This document shows, piece by piece, positions 1 to 12,463 of a DNA stretch of 64,000 nucleotides. A program made the position numbers and the translations under genes. Source of the DNA: Octopus bimaculoides (Eukaryota); the NCBI RefSeq assembly GCF_001194135.2, contig NC_068985.1:16653911-16717910 (forward strand), given 5' to 3'. Under the pieces are notes generated by a model. That model saw nothing but the letters and a program-made list of their open reading frames with translations, was not told where the DNA came from and did no database searches. Numbering within the stretch: position 1 is the first letter of the stretch; each line of letters starts with the position of its first letter.

Positions 1-44
1 TTGAATGAAATTGGTTGCGTAGTTCTCGAGTTTTAGGGATTCAC

Positions 45-75
<31 letters not shown>

Positions 76-102
76 CACATTCTCATTTTTATATATATAG
101 AT
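1..102 (+). mobile_element. Probable 3' end of a non-autonomous Helitron/Helentron-like element with internal (GACA)n
   Basis: AAATTGGTTG..TAGTT..GAGTTTTAG is followed by (CAGA)n, then a T-rich stretch ending TATATATAGAT. This layout recalls Lep1/HINE-type elements. The element is truncated by the window start. Confidence 0.4.
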
Positions 103-1359
103 TATTTGTTATGTAGTAATGACATTTCAGTCTAAAATTTGAATTTAAGTTTCAACATTTTAATACAAGTAAAAATCAGGGAGGAGTATTGAAAGAAGTG
201 GAGGAACCCTTCTCTTTTAAGTTTGTAACTTCATAAAAATCTAAGTTTCACCCCATTACATAAAATGCTAAATACTCACATCTGGTTGATTGCTGATGAT
301 TCATATCCTCTCACTACCATAGTAGTGTATTACAGGCAAAGATACTTAACTGTCAATGGCTTAGTGCACTTACATGTGAGCAAGTATCAAGGGTATGCAT
401 AGTTAGTTGTCTGCTGTTACTAACAATTTCTTAACACAAATTGAAATATTTCACTTTATTTTCTCATTTATTCTAATGCTAAGTGTTGTGTTAGTGAGTC
501 GATGAATGTCAACTTGGCAATTGTTGATGAGGCATTCCATTAAAGTACAATTCTATTTGAGAACCAACAAAATACTTATGGTTATAAGGAGATAATTACT
601 TAATTTGATATGGAGTTTCTTTTTCAAGGCAAATAGAGTGTTAAGGTATTTTACCAATAATGTAATGCATAAAAATGCTAATAACAATATCCTAAATATC
701 AGATTGCCAAACATACGAATAATTAGGGTGTGCACCACCAGCCATGCTTCTGAAGTATCACATGCCTGACATTCTAACCTTCTGTACAGTAGACATGTGA
801 CATCTTAGACCAATGACACCCTGGCTATTTGTAAAATATGTACATGATATTCTAGACTAATGATATCAAAATTACCAGAGGCAGCTCTACAACCACTTCA
901 TGATGGACTGTGCAAATGCAGGCTCTCGAAAAGCAGACAAACAATTACATTAGATATATACATACCAAAAAGGGAGCCCTGATGTGGTTGCTTATTTACT
1001 AAAAATGATAACTAAACCTGCTCAAATCATACCCTTAAAAATGAAAGAACACTATCTAATATAGTCTTAAAGGCTCCAGTTGAGATACTCATGGTTGTAA
1101 CACATTTGACCATAGATCTTCTAGATCAGGGCTGACCTAGAGATATACTACAAGGACATCTACAGCTAAAAATGTGGGTATTCTGTATAATAATTATGAC
1201 AGAAGTTGAGTAAAATCTAGAATTTGAGGAAACTGGTGATGGTCTTTGTCAACAACAATTACTTGGTAGGATGGTTGTTAGAATGTTATTGTCAGTTGTT
1301 AAATAATTCAGACTATTCTTCTTTCCATTGGTTCATATATATATATATATATATACAAT

Positions 1360-1870
1360 TACAGAGGTATCAAATTATTGGATCAGGTGTTGAAAGTTAC
1401 AGAGAGAGTCATAGCCCAACTAAGAGTTAGCCTAGATGAGACGCAGTTTGGTTTTGTGCTAGGGAGAAGCACTACTGATGTTCTATTTCTGGTAAGGCAG
1501 CTGCAGGAGAAATACCTACCCAAAGACAAACCTCTGTACTCAGAGAACTCCTACCTTTGTTGGCAACAAAGGGCCTCTCCCTCAGAGTGAAAGGTAGATT
1601 GTATGATGCCTGTGTGTGAACATCTATGCTACATGGTGGTGAAACATGAAACATGGGCTGTGATAGCTGAGGACATGCACAGGTTAAAAGAAATGAAGCC
1701 AGTCTGTTTTGCTGGATGTGCAATGTCAGTGTGCATGTTCAACAGAGTGTAGGCATCTTGGGAGAAAAATTGAACATAAGAGGCATCAGATGCGGTGTGC
1801 AAGAGAAATAACTGTGCTGGTATGGTCATGTGATGTGTGGTCATGTGATGTGTGGTCATGTGATGCAAGC
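1360..1870 (+). pseudogene. Decayed RTE-clade LINE ORF fragment with the RT core deleted
   Basis: YRGIKLLDQVLKVTERVIAQLRVSLDETQFGFVLGRSTTDVLFLVRQLQEKYLPKDKPLY is joined directly to the C-terminal PLLATKGLSLRVKGRLYDACV..ETWAV..WMCNVSV..WYGHVM. The family matches 31703-32088. Confidence 0.85.
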
Positions 1871-1984
1871 ATGGGTCAGATGGATATTAAAAGTGGATAT
1901 TAAAACGACGATAATGGTGATGGTGATGATAACTATGACAGCTTTCACAAGTTTTATGTGGGACGCTGAGATAAAGAGATACAT

Positions 1985-2127
1985 AAACACACACACAGTC
2001 ATACATACATACGCACATGCATGCATACATACATAAATACACATGCATACATACACACATACACATGCATACATACATGCATACGTACATACACACATAC
2101 ACACATACACATATACAGACAGACATC

Positions 2128-2164
<37 letters not shown>

Positions 2165-2180
2165 ACAGACATACATACAT
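1985..2180. repeat. Compound (CA)n/(TACA)n microsatellite
   Basis: Directly visible. It explains the spurious His/Thr and Val/Cys ORFs. Many similar (TA)n, (CA)n, (GA)n and (CAT)n arrays occur across the window. Confidence 0.95.
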
Positions 2181-2435
2181 ACGGAGCAGGTGTGAGTATG
2201 TGGTTAGAAGTCTGCCTCTCAACCACATGTTCAAACATTAATTAACATACTTAAATGGTATATCATAGATCTCGTTGGTTTTCATTGATTAAGGCTAAAC
2301 GATAACTACCTCCACCACAACAAAAAATACAGCAAAAACAATCACCACACAAATGCATAAGATATTCAACAAAATATGGAACCTCTGACGTGTCATTTTA
2401 AGACACTAGGGGTTTAATACAAACCTATGTATCCT

Positions 2436-2585
2436 GTGGAGGCACATGGCTCAGTGGTTAAGGTGTTGGACTTGTGATCATAAGATTGAGGTTTCAATTC
2501 CTGGACTGAGTGATGCATTGTGTTCTTAAGCAAAACACTTCATTTCACGTTGCTCCAATCCACTCAGCTGGCAAAAATAAGGGCC
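2436..2585 (+). mobile_element. tRNA-derived SINE head (family C)
   Basis: A-box TGGCTCAGTGG, B-box-like GGTTTCAATTCC, then TTGTGTTCTTAAGCAAAACACTTCAT. Related copies lie at about 9720-9990 (+), 13620-13750 (-), 43380-43525 (-) and 51830-52110 (-). Confidence 0.7.
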
Positions 2586-2940
2586 AGGGAACCAGCCCTT
2601 ATGAGTCATGATGACAACTTTACTTTTTTATTTTTATGCATGCTGTGCTGTGTATGTAGTGGTTTCAGTGTATTGCTTTGCCCAGGGACTTATAATATTG
2701 TTAGGATGGCCCTACATATGACACAAAATCACAAACAAATATTTCATGGAATTATTCCATGTACCTCAGTTTCATTTGAAACTTGCCTCTATGTAACTGT
2801 CTATTCTAAATTTTCCATTATAAATCTACCGTATTCACAACTATACCAAATTCTCTCAGATATCATCATCATTATCATCGTTGTTGCCATAATCATCATT
2901 GTCATCGTCATCATCACCATCATCACTATCACCAACACCA

Positions 2941-3084
2941 CCTTTAGTCAATCAAATCGACCCCAGGACTTATTCTTTGTAAGCCTAGTACTTATTTTAG
3001 CAGCCTCTTTTGCCGGATTGCTAAGTAACAGGGAAGTAAGTACACCAACATTGGTTGTTAAGCGATGGTGGGGGAACAAACACA

Positions 3085-3146
<62 letters not shown>

Positions 3147-3308
3147 CGGCGGGCTTTCTTTCAGTTTCTGTCAACCAAATCCACTTACAAGGCTTTGGTT
3201 GGCCTGAGGCTATAGTAGAAGACACTTGCCCAAGGTGTCATGCAGTGAGACTGAACCCAGAACTATGTAGTTGGTAAGCAAGCTACTTACCACACAGCCA
3301 CTCCTGTG
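2941..3308 (-). mobile_element. tRNA-derived SINE (family A) with internal (CA)n/(TA)n
   Basis: Reverse complement of the 10058-10451 element. Confidence 0.85.
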
Positions 3309-4774
3309 GCTATTATATATATTAATGTATGTATATATGTGTATGCACATTTGTGTCGCCTTGTCTTGACATCATGTGATAGTTGTATACAGTCGTCTGT
3401 CTCTATCATACAAGCAGTGTCATTAATTTCCAATGTCCTGTGAGACCATGTCTGGTCATAGGAAAATATTACTCTGCTTAAAAACAGATAAAGGCTGGTG
3501 ACAAGAAGGGCATCCAGTTATAGAAAATCTGCCTCAATAAACCTTGTCCAAACCCATGAAAGCATGGAAAAGTGGCCATTAAAATAATAATAACAACAAT
3601 GACAATGATGATGATATATACATGTTGTATGCATCAGACTTATTTCAGTTTCTGGGTTTGGTTGGCCCAGAGCAAGAGTACAAGTTACTTGCTTAAGGAG
3701 TCATGTACTGGGAATGAGTGCAAAACCACGTGGTTAAGAATCAAACTTCTCAACAACACAACCAAGCCTGCACCCCCACAATTCTAAATTCTCTCTAATA
3801 TCATCATCATCATCATTTTAACGCCCACTTTTCTATTTTGACTATCACTATATCACAGTATTTCTCTATTATGCCAAATCTTATTATTTCTATTACATCC
3901 ACTTCAAAGACATCGAAATATACAAAATATATTACGTAGCACTGATCAAGTACATGCAATGTGCATTGAATGTAACACTGTGCTTTAAACAACATGACAG
4001 ATTTCTTCACTGTGATCTTAAACCAGACTACAGCACGCTACAGCTAGTCACTCCCATTCATATGATCATTTACTGCCATGTCATAGCTTTAACTAAAGCA
4101 GTGTTCTCACCAGCTCCACTAACAATAAGGACAACCATGACATATGATACACTAATATCTTTTCATGTAATATTTTCAAAACATTTCTTATGTTTGAATG
4201 CCTAGGTTAATCATTAAAAAACTAATCACTGAATGGTTTATATTCAATCCAAAATTATCTTGATTTTCATAGTAAAAAATTTAAATTATTATTTTTGATA
4301 TGTTACATGCATGACCTATATATAACCAATATTTAAAAAGTTCAGCAGATGTAGTCAAGTTGTTCTTCATTTTCAGCATAGAAGTAACAATGAATGTCTC
4401 ATAAATTTTCTAGTTTACGATAAATATATGTTTATTTTCACAATCTTACGAATTCACTTTAATATTTACTTTTGACTTTGAAATTGAGGATTCTTACTAT
4501 CATTCACTTAATACACACCAATTTTATAAAAGTTAATTTTGTAATTTTAAATTCTCAAATATTAACACAATCTCAGTGGGCCTGCTGATGCAGGCCTGGA
4601 TGAGTGCAGGCATGGCTTAGGTGCAGGCTTTTGGCTAAGAAGTTTGCTTCCAAACTATGAAGTTTCAGTATGAGTTTTGCTGCATGACACCTTGGGAAAG
4701 TGTTTTTTATTATAGCCCTGGGCTGACTAAAGCCTTGTGAGTGAATTTAGTGGATGGGAGCTGAAAGAAGAGTG

Positions 4775-4829
<55 letters not shown>

Positions 4830-4850
4830 CACACACATACACACACACAT

Positions 4851-4891
<41 letters not shown>

Positions 4892-4899
4892 TATGTATA

Positions 4900-5142
4900 T
4901 TTCGTTCTTGGATTTGGTTTGCAAGATTCTTTATGTGAGATCGTGTGTTGAAGCATATTCTGTTGTGTCTGGGGTGAGTCATTTTCGTTGTGTTTTGCAA
5001 CCTTTTCAATAGTCTTGAAAAGGTTACAAGACGCAATGAAAATTTTAGGAAAATAAAAATAAGGAATAAGTGGAAATTTTACTGGTGAGTGTGTTAAATT
5101 ATAAGGCACAAAAAGAAAATGACTCTCCCCAGACACAACAGA
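4900..5142. mobile_element. Palindromic element with one-sided tail (family P1), internally deleted copy
   Basis: Tail 4900-4954; shortened arm about 4955-5009; loop TAGTC; long arm 5015-5142. Same family as 41727-42080, in the opposite orientation. Confidence 0.8.
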
Positions 5143-6959
5143 GTACATATATATATATATGTGTGTATATAGGAAGAGTAAGTACGGTTAGGCAGCTTTT
5201 TAATCGCTACAAATCTTTCGATACATACAGATCCTCGTATATACAGGATTTAAAGTTAAGTTTAAATTAAATTACTTAACGATTTACCTGTATAAGAAGA
5301 TCTATATGTATCTCCTCAGGTGATACTCAGTTGCTGTCTCCGTAAGTAAATTTAGATTTCCATGCTACAACACCCATGGCTTCTTTGTAACTACTTTTTG
5401 CTTTTTATTTTTTTATTTCCACACACGAGGAATACCTAAGACTAGAATTGGTAGCATACCAGCTATTTGCGAATTCTAAGGGTGAATGAGCTCTATATGT
5501 ACTCTTACACATTCTTAACAGAACACACCTCAACTATATATATAGAATTCCCAAATAGCCGGCATGCTACCAATTCTACTTTTTACACTGACTATGTCCA
5601 CCTTCAGATTGACCCACAATATGGCTTTTTTGAAATTCAGACAGCTCCAAGGCTTCTTTTGTACATGTCATGATTAAATGGTCACATATAGAACCTGAAA
5701 CACAAAAATGTCAATTAATAAAAAATATAAACCTTTACAAGTTAGAATAAACAGAAAACGATGTTTTATGGGGTGTCTATTTCCTTCTGTCATGTCTGTG
5801 TATATATAGTATGCACATGTGTGGTGTAGGATCAGGCATGGCTGTATGGTTAAGAAGTTTGTTTCGCAACTGTACAGTCTAGGATTCAGTCCCATTGCAT
5901 GACACCTTGGGCAAGTGTCTTCTACCATAACCATGTGCCAACCAATGGCTAGTGTTTGGATTTGGGTAACAGAAACTGAAATGTATGTATGTATGTATGT
6001 ATGTATGTATGTACATTTATGTATTCGAAGTGTGTGTGTGTGTGCATGTATGTGTGTGTGTGTGAGCATGTGTGCATATATACCCTTGTCTTGACATGAC
6101 ATGAAGATTGGCAACAGGAAGGGCGTCTGATTGTAGAAAATCTGCCACAAGAATTTCCTTCTGAACCATACATGTATGACAAAGTGGATGTTAAATGATG
6201 ATGATGATAATATATATATGTACATGTGAGTGTATATGTGTGTGCATGCGTGTGTGTATGTCTGCATACATGCATGTGTCTTTATGAGTAGATGTACATT
6301 GGAATTATTTAATTTAAAGACAAAGAGGTATGCTGAGGATTAAACTAGAATTATTTGCATTTATTTAATCATTTATGACTTAAATTAAATATGAATAAAT
6401 GGAGGTATTGCTTTATTATTCTTTTAAATGACATAAGTTTAATCATGAACATTTTAATTAGTGTAATGCAATAATTTGTTATATTAAAAAATGTCACAAA
6501 AACAAGTTACAAATTAAAACCTACAAATGCTTTAATAACATTTTAGAAAAAGAATATTTTAATCTTAATATTGTGCACTCTAAAAACTATCAACAACTAT
6601 TTGATTTTATCATTGTATGATCTGTAGTGATGGTTGATCTGTAGTATTGTCCAACTGAATAAGCGACCAAATTTGAATGCCCAGTTAAGTTACTCACCAT
6701 ACTATGGACATCTTCAATGAATCTGGGCATTATTCTGACCATCCTCAATGAGAGCAATTATGAAAAAGTACTGAAAGTATGGACAGATATATTTAGTTTG
6801 TTGATGAAGAACAGTAAAATGATTGTAATTGACATTTTGAACAATGTTCGACGGAAATACTGAACATAGATTTGTGTCATAACAATTAGAATTTGACTGA
6901 AGTAGTTTGGGCTTGTCAAATATGTTATGTGTAAAACAAATGTTCATTTTTCTCAAAAA

Positions 6960-7410
6960 CTAATGTGCTCATTCAGTTTTGCTTAGGAACATAAGAATCA
7001 GATGTCATCAGCTTTTTGTGAGGTGGCTCAAAATCTGATTTGTTCGACTCTGTAGTTCAGTGTATGTCCAGAATTAGTCAAGAAAAGTATTTCATCAAAG
7101 GTGTATGAATCTGCTAGGTTAGCATGGTAACAAGATCATAGTTTTGGCAGTATGTCTGCAACATGGTTCAATCAAAGGCATCATAAATACTACAGTTAAA
7201 TTAGAGAATTTGAAAAAGGCAATGCTTCCATATATGTTTCTAAGACTTGTCTGAGTTGCTTATAGATTTTTTTCTGTATGACTACAACCTGAATTACACC
7301 ACAGGAATAATGAAAGAATTCATCAAAAGCAAGAAATCGAATTGATGCAGTGGCCACCTCAATCTTTGGATTTAGACCTGATAGAAGACTTTTGGAAGAA
7401 GATTGCCATG
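6960..7410 (+). pseudogene. Decayed Tc1-type transposase fragment
   Basis: Frameshifted reading ..KGIINTTVKLENLKKAMLPY..FLYDYNLNYTTGIMKEFIKSK/IELMQWPPQSLDLDLIEDFWKK matches the Tc1 WPxQSPDLNPIE motif (W at 7351). Confidence 0.75.
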
Positions 7411-7425
7411 AGTACTAAATAAAGG

Positions 7426-7428
<3 letters not shown>

Positions 7429-7486
<58 letters not shown>

Positions 7487-7552
7487 TATCATCATCATCA
7501 TCATTTAACGTCCGCTTTCCATGCTAGCATGGGTTGGACGATTTGACTGAGG
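7429..7552 (-). mobile_element. 5'-truncated RTE 3' tail with expanded (GAT)n
   Basis: Reverse complement of GTCAAATCGTCCAACCCATGCTAGCATGGAAAGCGGACGTTAAA(TGA)n, which is also seen at 23415-23480. Confidence 0.8.
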
Positions 7553-8517
7553 TCAACAAAAACAAAAAAATAGGAGGAAATATCAGATTGTGATCATGAA
7601 ATTTATAGAATCAATGCTTTGTCGATATGATTCAATTTTGAGCTACTGAACCAAGTATTAGTACCATATGATTGTATTCTTTTGTTCTCTATTTTGCTTT
7701 AAAAAAATGTTTTAAATGTTTTTAAATTAAGTAACATTTCTTATTGTAGTGTTATTGATACTGTCAATAATTGTATTAAGCTAATTAAAAATTTCCACAA
7801 AACTTACACCAATTAAAAGAACAAACAATTCTCTTCTGTTTATAAATAGTTTGAATTATAAGTGATTAAATAAATAATCAGCATCTACTTATCAGTATAC
7901 CTTAGTCTTCAAATTAAATCACTTCACTATGTGTATCTTTGTGTCTCTAACATAGACTTGGTCAAGTGGTTAAATCCACTTTGCACTCATAAGTTCTAGG
8001 TTTGATTGACCTGCAGAGTATGTAAGGGGAAGTTTCTTTTACACGAGCACCAAGTCAACTGATCCTTGGGAGAAAAATTGGGCAGATGGCAGGGTAAAAT
8101 TGAGTAGAAATCTACGAGATGGACAAAGTCAGCCTTCTGTAACATGTTCCTACATGAGAATCATGTTAAAAGTACCAGTGTATATCGAAAAACTCAGCCA
8201 CTTTTAACGATTGATGAAAGGTAGTTCAGTTGATTGAGTAACTGGAATATTTATAAATTTAACTAATTGATACTGATTAAGATTCATTTACTTACTCTAT
8301 ATATGCATATAATATGCATATGTATGTGTGTGTATGTGTGTAAATGTATGTATGCATACATATATACATGCACATACATACATGCATACATACATACATA
8401 CATACATACATACATACATACGTACATACTTACATACATACATACATAATTACATGTGTGCATCCGTGCATGTCAAAAGACAGTGAGGGAGGGACAGAGT
8501 GAATGTGTGTGTGGGGG

Positions 8518-8581
<64 letters not shown>

Positions 8582-9193
8582 GTTCTTTAAGGTATGAGGT
8601 GTTACAAAAACTACTATAACTCATTAAAAAAAAAGCTGATAAATTTTGAGCTTATTTCTTAAACATGGTATGCAAACACTACAGTAAGTCTTTGTCCCAA
8701 ATGTTTTGTCTGCCTGCCTGTCTGTCTGTCTGTATGTATGTATGTATATATGCATGCATGTATATATGTGTATATGTATGCATGAATGCATGTATAAATA
8801 AACATATAAATCTCTTTTGTGCATTACAATTGAAAAGCTCATAAATCAAGTACTCTGTATTATATATTTTGAAATATTACATGAAAATTAAAAAGAGAAT
8901 GTTTTAAATGACCATGCAGTTTTATTTCAAGCTGTGGTACATTGACAAACTCCACATTTAGGGCGAAATAAATTTATCTGAATCTACTTGCAGCTACTAG
9001 GACAACCAAAACATAAAAATCAGAAGTAATTATCTCTACTCACATAATAAAATAAGTATATAAAAATAAATAAAATCTCTCTCTCTCTCTCTCTCAGTGA
9101 TTCTCTCCCCTTGAGAGAATTTTCTCCCCCTCTTTAATTTCTTACCAAACCCTATTTCTCTCTGCCACTGAGGCTGAAAACAACGACAGATGG

Positions 9194-9388
9194 CATCGTT
9201 GGGAAGTATATCCACTCATCAGAGAATCGAGTCGAATTTATACCAACATGGATATAGGAATACCAGTAATTTTTTAAACAACATTGTCCTCATTCAATTT
9301 AAACTACATTTTCTTCATTCAGTTTCCTCCACTGAAATTCATCCTTTCAACTTGATTCTCTGATGAGTGGATATACTTCCCAACAATG
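9194..9388. mobile_element. Small MITE-like fold-back element with 39-bp inverted repeats
   Basis: 9194-9232 versus 9350-9388: 37 of 39 positions complementary. Confidence 0.75.
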
Positions 9389-9424
9389 CTTATCAACTTC
9401 AGATTTCATTTTAAGAGGAAGTCA

Positions 9425-9700
9425 TTATCATCATCGTTTAACATCCGCTTTCCATGCTAGCATGGGTTGGACGATTTGACTGAGGACTGGCAAACATGAT
9501 GGCTGCACCAGGCTCCAATCTGATCTGGCAGAGTTTCTACAGCTGGATGCCCTTCCTAACGCCAACCACTCCGAGAGTGTAATGGGTGCTTTTACGTGCC
9601 ACTGGCACGAGGGCCAGTCAGGTGGTACTGGCATCAACCAAAAGCTCAAATGGTGCTTTTTATGTGCCACCTGCACAGGAGCCAGTCCAACGGCACTGAT
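9425..9700 (-). mobile_element. RTE 3' UTR copy
   Basis: Same sequence as 23290-23480 in reverse orientation, including about two hairpin units. Confidence 0.85.
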
Positions 9701-10057
9701 GCTATATAATAAATTATGTATGGCTTAGTGGTTAGGCTGTTGCACTCACAATTGCATGATTGTGGTTTTAATTACTTGTCTAGGAAGGGCATTGTGTTCT
9801 TGAGCAAAACACTTCATCTCATGTTGCTCTGTGATCACTTCGACATCTGACATGCGATACACCATACATTCGTACAAGTAATGTTGATTTGATGAAGAGA
9901 GTGAGCTAATGTGCAGCACAAGCATTTGACCACTATAAACAAATTATTTGTGCAGGTTGTTCTGCAGAAAATTGCAGAACCCTCTTTCTCAGGCTATGAC
10001 AGACTACCATCACATACAGATATATTCTTGTGCATTGTTTTAATGTATATCAGCTAT

Positions 10058-10451
10058 AGGCACAGGAGTAGCTGTGTGGTAAGTAGCTTGCTTACCAACC
10101 ACATGGTTCCAGGTTCATTCCCACTGCGTGGCACCTTGGGAAAGTGTCTTCTACTATAGCCTCGGGCCGACCAAAGCCTTGTGAGTGGATTTGGTAGACA
10201 GAAACTGAAAGAAGCCCGTCGTATATATGTATATGTGTCTGTGTGTGTTTGTGTGTCTGTGTTTGTCCCCCCAACATCGCTTGACAACCGATGCTGGTGT
10301 GTTTATGTCCCTGTAACTTAGCAGTTCGGCAAAAGAGACTGATAGAACAAGTACTAGGCTTACAAAGAATAAGTCCTGGGGTCGATTTGCTCGACTAAAG
10401 GCGGTGCTCCAGCATAGCCACAGTCAAATGACTGAAACAAGTAAAAGAGTA
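10058..10451 (+). mobile_element. Near-complete tRNA-derived SINE (family A)
   Basis: A-box TAGCTGTGTGG, B-box GGTTCATTCCC, central GCACCTTGGGAAAGTGTCTTCTACTATAGCC, internal microsatellite and (AAAAGAGT) tail. More than ten further copies or fragments occur (e.g. about 5832, 22084, 27850, 32860, 36225, 40310, 42600, 54720, 56045, 57510, 62630). Confidence 0.9.
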
Positions 10452-11840
10452 TTGATTGTTGTTTAATCCCAGATCAACTCTGACCAATTAGTCCTCTGAT
10501 CATAGACATTCTATCTGTGCAAATCATGTCTTTTTATTGATATCTAAGATTAGATTATCATATCAGTAGTGAAGGCTACCACTAATTTTATCAGAATCCA
10601 CATCCCCCCCCCATTCTACTTTGCATTATCTAATATGTTCTTTCTCTTTTCAAAATGATGAGGTGTGATCAGAAGGAGATTTTGCTGCTATCCATAGCAA
10701 GTTAAGCAACCAAGTAAAAGTTCTCTCATTGGCTCATCTTGGTATTGGTAGTTCTTGGTACGGCTTGACACTACCTTGCAATTGACTAATAGATGCAAAA
10801 GGTCAAGCATGAAGCTATTGCTGTTGTAAAATTTCAATTGTCACGTTTTACTTATTCTGTGTTTGTTGAAGTCAAGCTTTTGTTGTTTTTGAAATCAAAA
10901 TAACACCTGCATTCTTCCTCTGCTGCATGTCTATAATTATATCAAAGACTTCTGTTACTTTCTGGTAACAGAAGTCTTCTACTATAAGGGATCCTTTATG
11001 TTTCTTTATCTACAATTTGTTCTTTATTTCTATGTGTACCCTGATTGAACTGACCCAGCTGACCTATGGTTACAATCATTACAATTGTGACCATCATATA
11101 TTTTTTTTAGACATGATATATCAGAGATTGCATAATCAAAATTTTTCTGTTTTATTTATGATGATAGGGTATGATTTGGACAGTGGAGTAGCAGTGTTTA
11201 GCAGCAAAGACAGTTTCGGTGTACTCACCTTAATTAGCAGGCAAAATAATCAAAAAGAAATGTTGCACCCTTTTGCACTTACACTTGGGTTGGAGGTGAC
11301 TGTATGCCACATCCCTGTTGCTACACTGCTGGGTTTCATTGCCACTTCTGGCAGGTTGAGCAATAACTTAGAAGCCTCCTTGATGTATTTTTTAAAGGTA
11401 TACATATGATGTCACACTCTCAAGTCAGTACATTGGGAACAATCTTTTGAGACACATCTTATGACATTAATACCTGTCTTACAAAATAGAAAATTTGTAT
11501 ACCACACTGATTACTCTTATGTGATACCACTAGTTAGACTGATATATGATTCATATGTAATGAAACCACACAGACCTTTAGATAAAGGGTATGGATGTTC
11601 CTGTAGATACTTCTACATAGAATATAGGGATGCTTTTGTAAATTTCTCTTGATAGAACAATTGATGTATAAGTAGTTACAGTGTCTGTTTGGTGTAATCA
11701 AAGATTTAATGTGTCAATGCTGTAATAGACACAGGTCAGTTCTGATACAGCAGACCAGTGATCAAATACAATTCAATTGTGGTGATCCTGTCATCTGCTC
11801 AGATATGCTATAGCTAGAGCTGTTATCTTTCTCTTTTTAA

Positions 11841-12060
11841 CCCTTTCATTACCATATTTATTTTGAGGTGCTCTGTGTTTCTTTCATTTAATTTTAAATA
11901 TAACAAAGAGTTTAGTAAAATAACTTAGTTATCATTCAGCTAGTGTTAGGAACATAAATTGTGACTAAGGTTTGATGGAAGATTTTAATTCAAGACTTAT
12001 GAAAACAAGACATTTGTACTACAGAGCCAGGCAGTTTCAGTTGGGTTGGTATCAAAAGGG
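11841..12060. mobile_element. piggyBac-like MITE
   Basis: TTAA|CCCTTTCATTACCA ... TGGTATCAAAAGGG|TT. These are imperfect TIRs starting CCC, with TTAA on the left only. Confidence 0.5.
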
Positions 12061-12427
12061 TTCTGAGGAAGATTTTGCTATAATTTCTAGAATAGTGAAC
12101 AACCACATGGTTGGGTCATTTAACTTGTATAATTTATACACGTGTGTGTATGTGGAAATTTGATGATGATGATGATGTGTGTGTGTGTGTGTCTGTGTGT
12201 GTGCGTGCGTGTGTATGCGTGCACGCATCTGCATGAGTTCATGTGTATGCATATTTGTTTTTCTTACACATAAAAGCACAGAATGTGGAAATGACACAAT
12301 CTACCATTTCAAGACAAAAGACAAATTCAAAACTAAAAGTCTACCACCTAATTTATACTTTCACTAAGCATTTTCTTTTCTTTCTCTTCCCACTCTCACA
12401 CTTACTCCATACATACTTATTCACTTA

Positions 12428-12463
<36 letters not shown>

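Noticed and set aside
720-960. Weak LINE C-terminal-like peptide (KLPEAALQPLHDG..SRQTITLDI)
   Set aside because: It is too degenerate to assign by eye.
2520-3215. 231-aa ORF
   Set aside because: It runs through SINE sequence, (ATC)n and (CA)n. There is no protein-like content, so it is a chance frame.
5674-6267. 197-aa ORF
   Set aside because: It is the antisense reading of a SINE plus microsatellites.
9350-9388. CTGATGAG in MITE arms as a hammerhead core
   Set aside because: There is no stem II followed by GAAA.
10058-10140. SINE heads (also 2436, 18564, 57965) as tRNA genes
   Set aside because: They have A/B boxes but no complete cloverleaf or acceptor stem, and they continue into repeat bodies.
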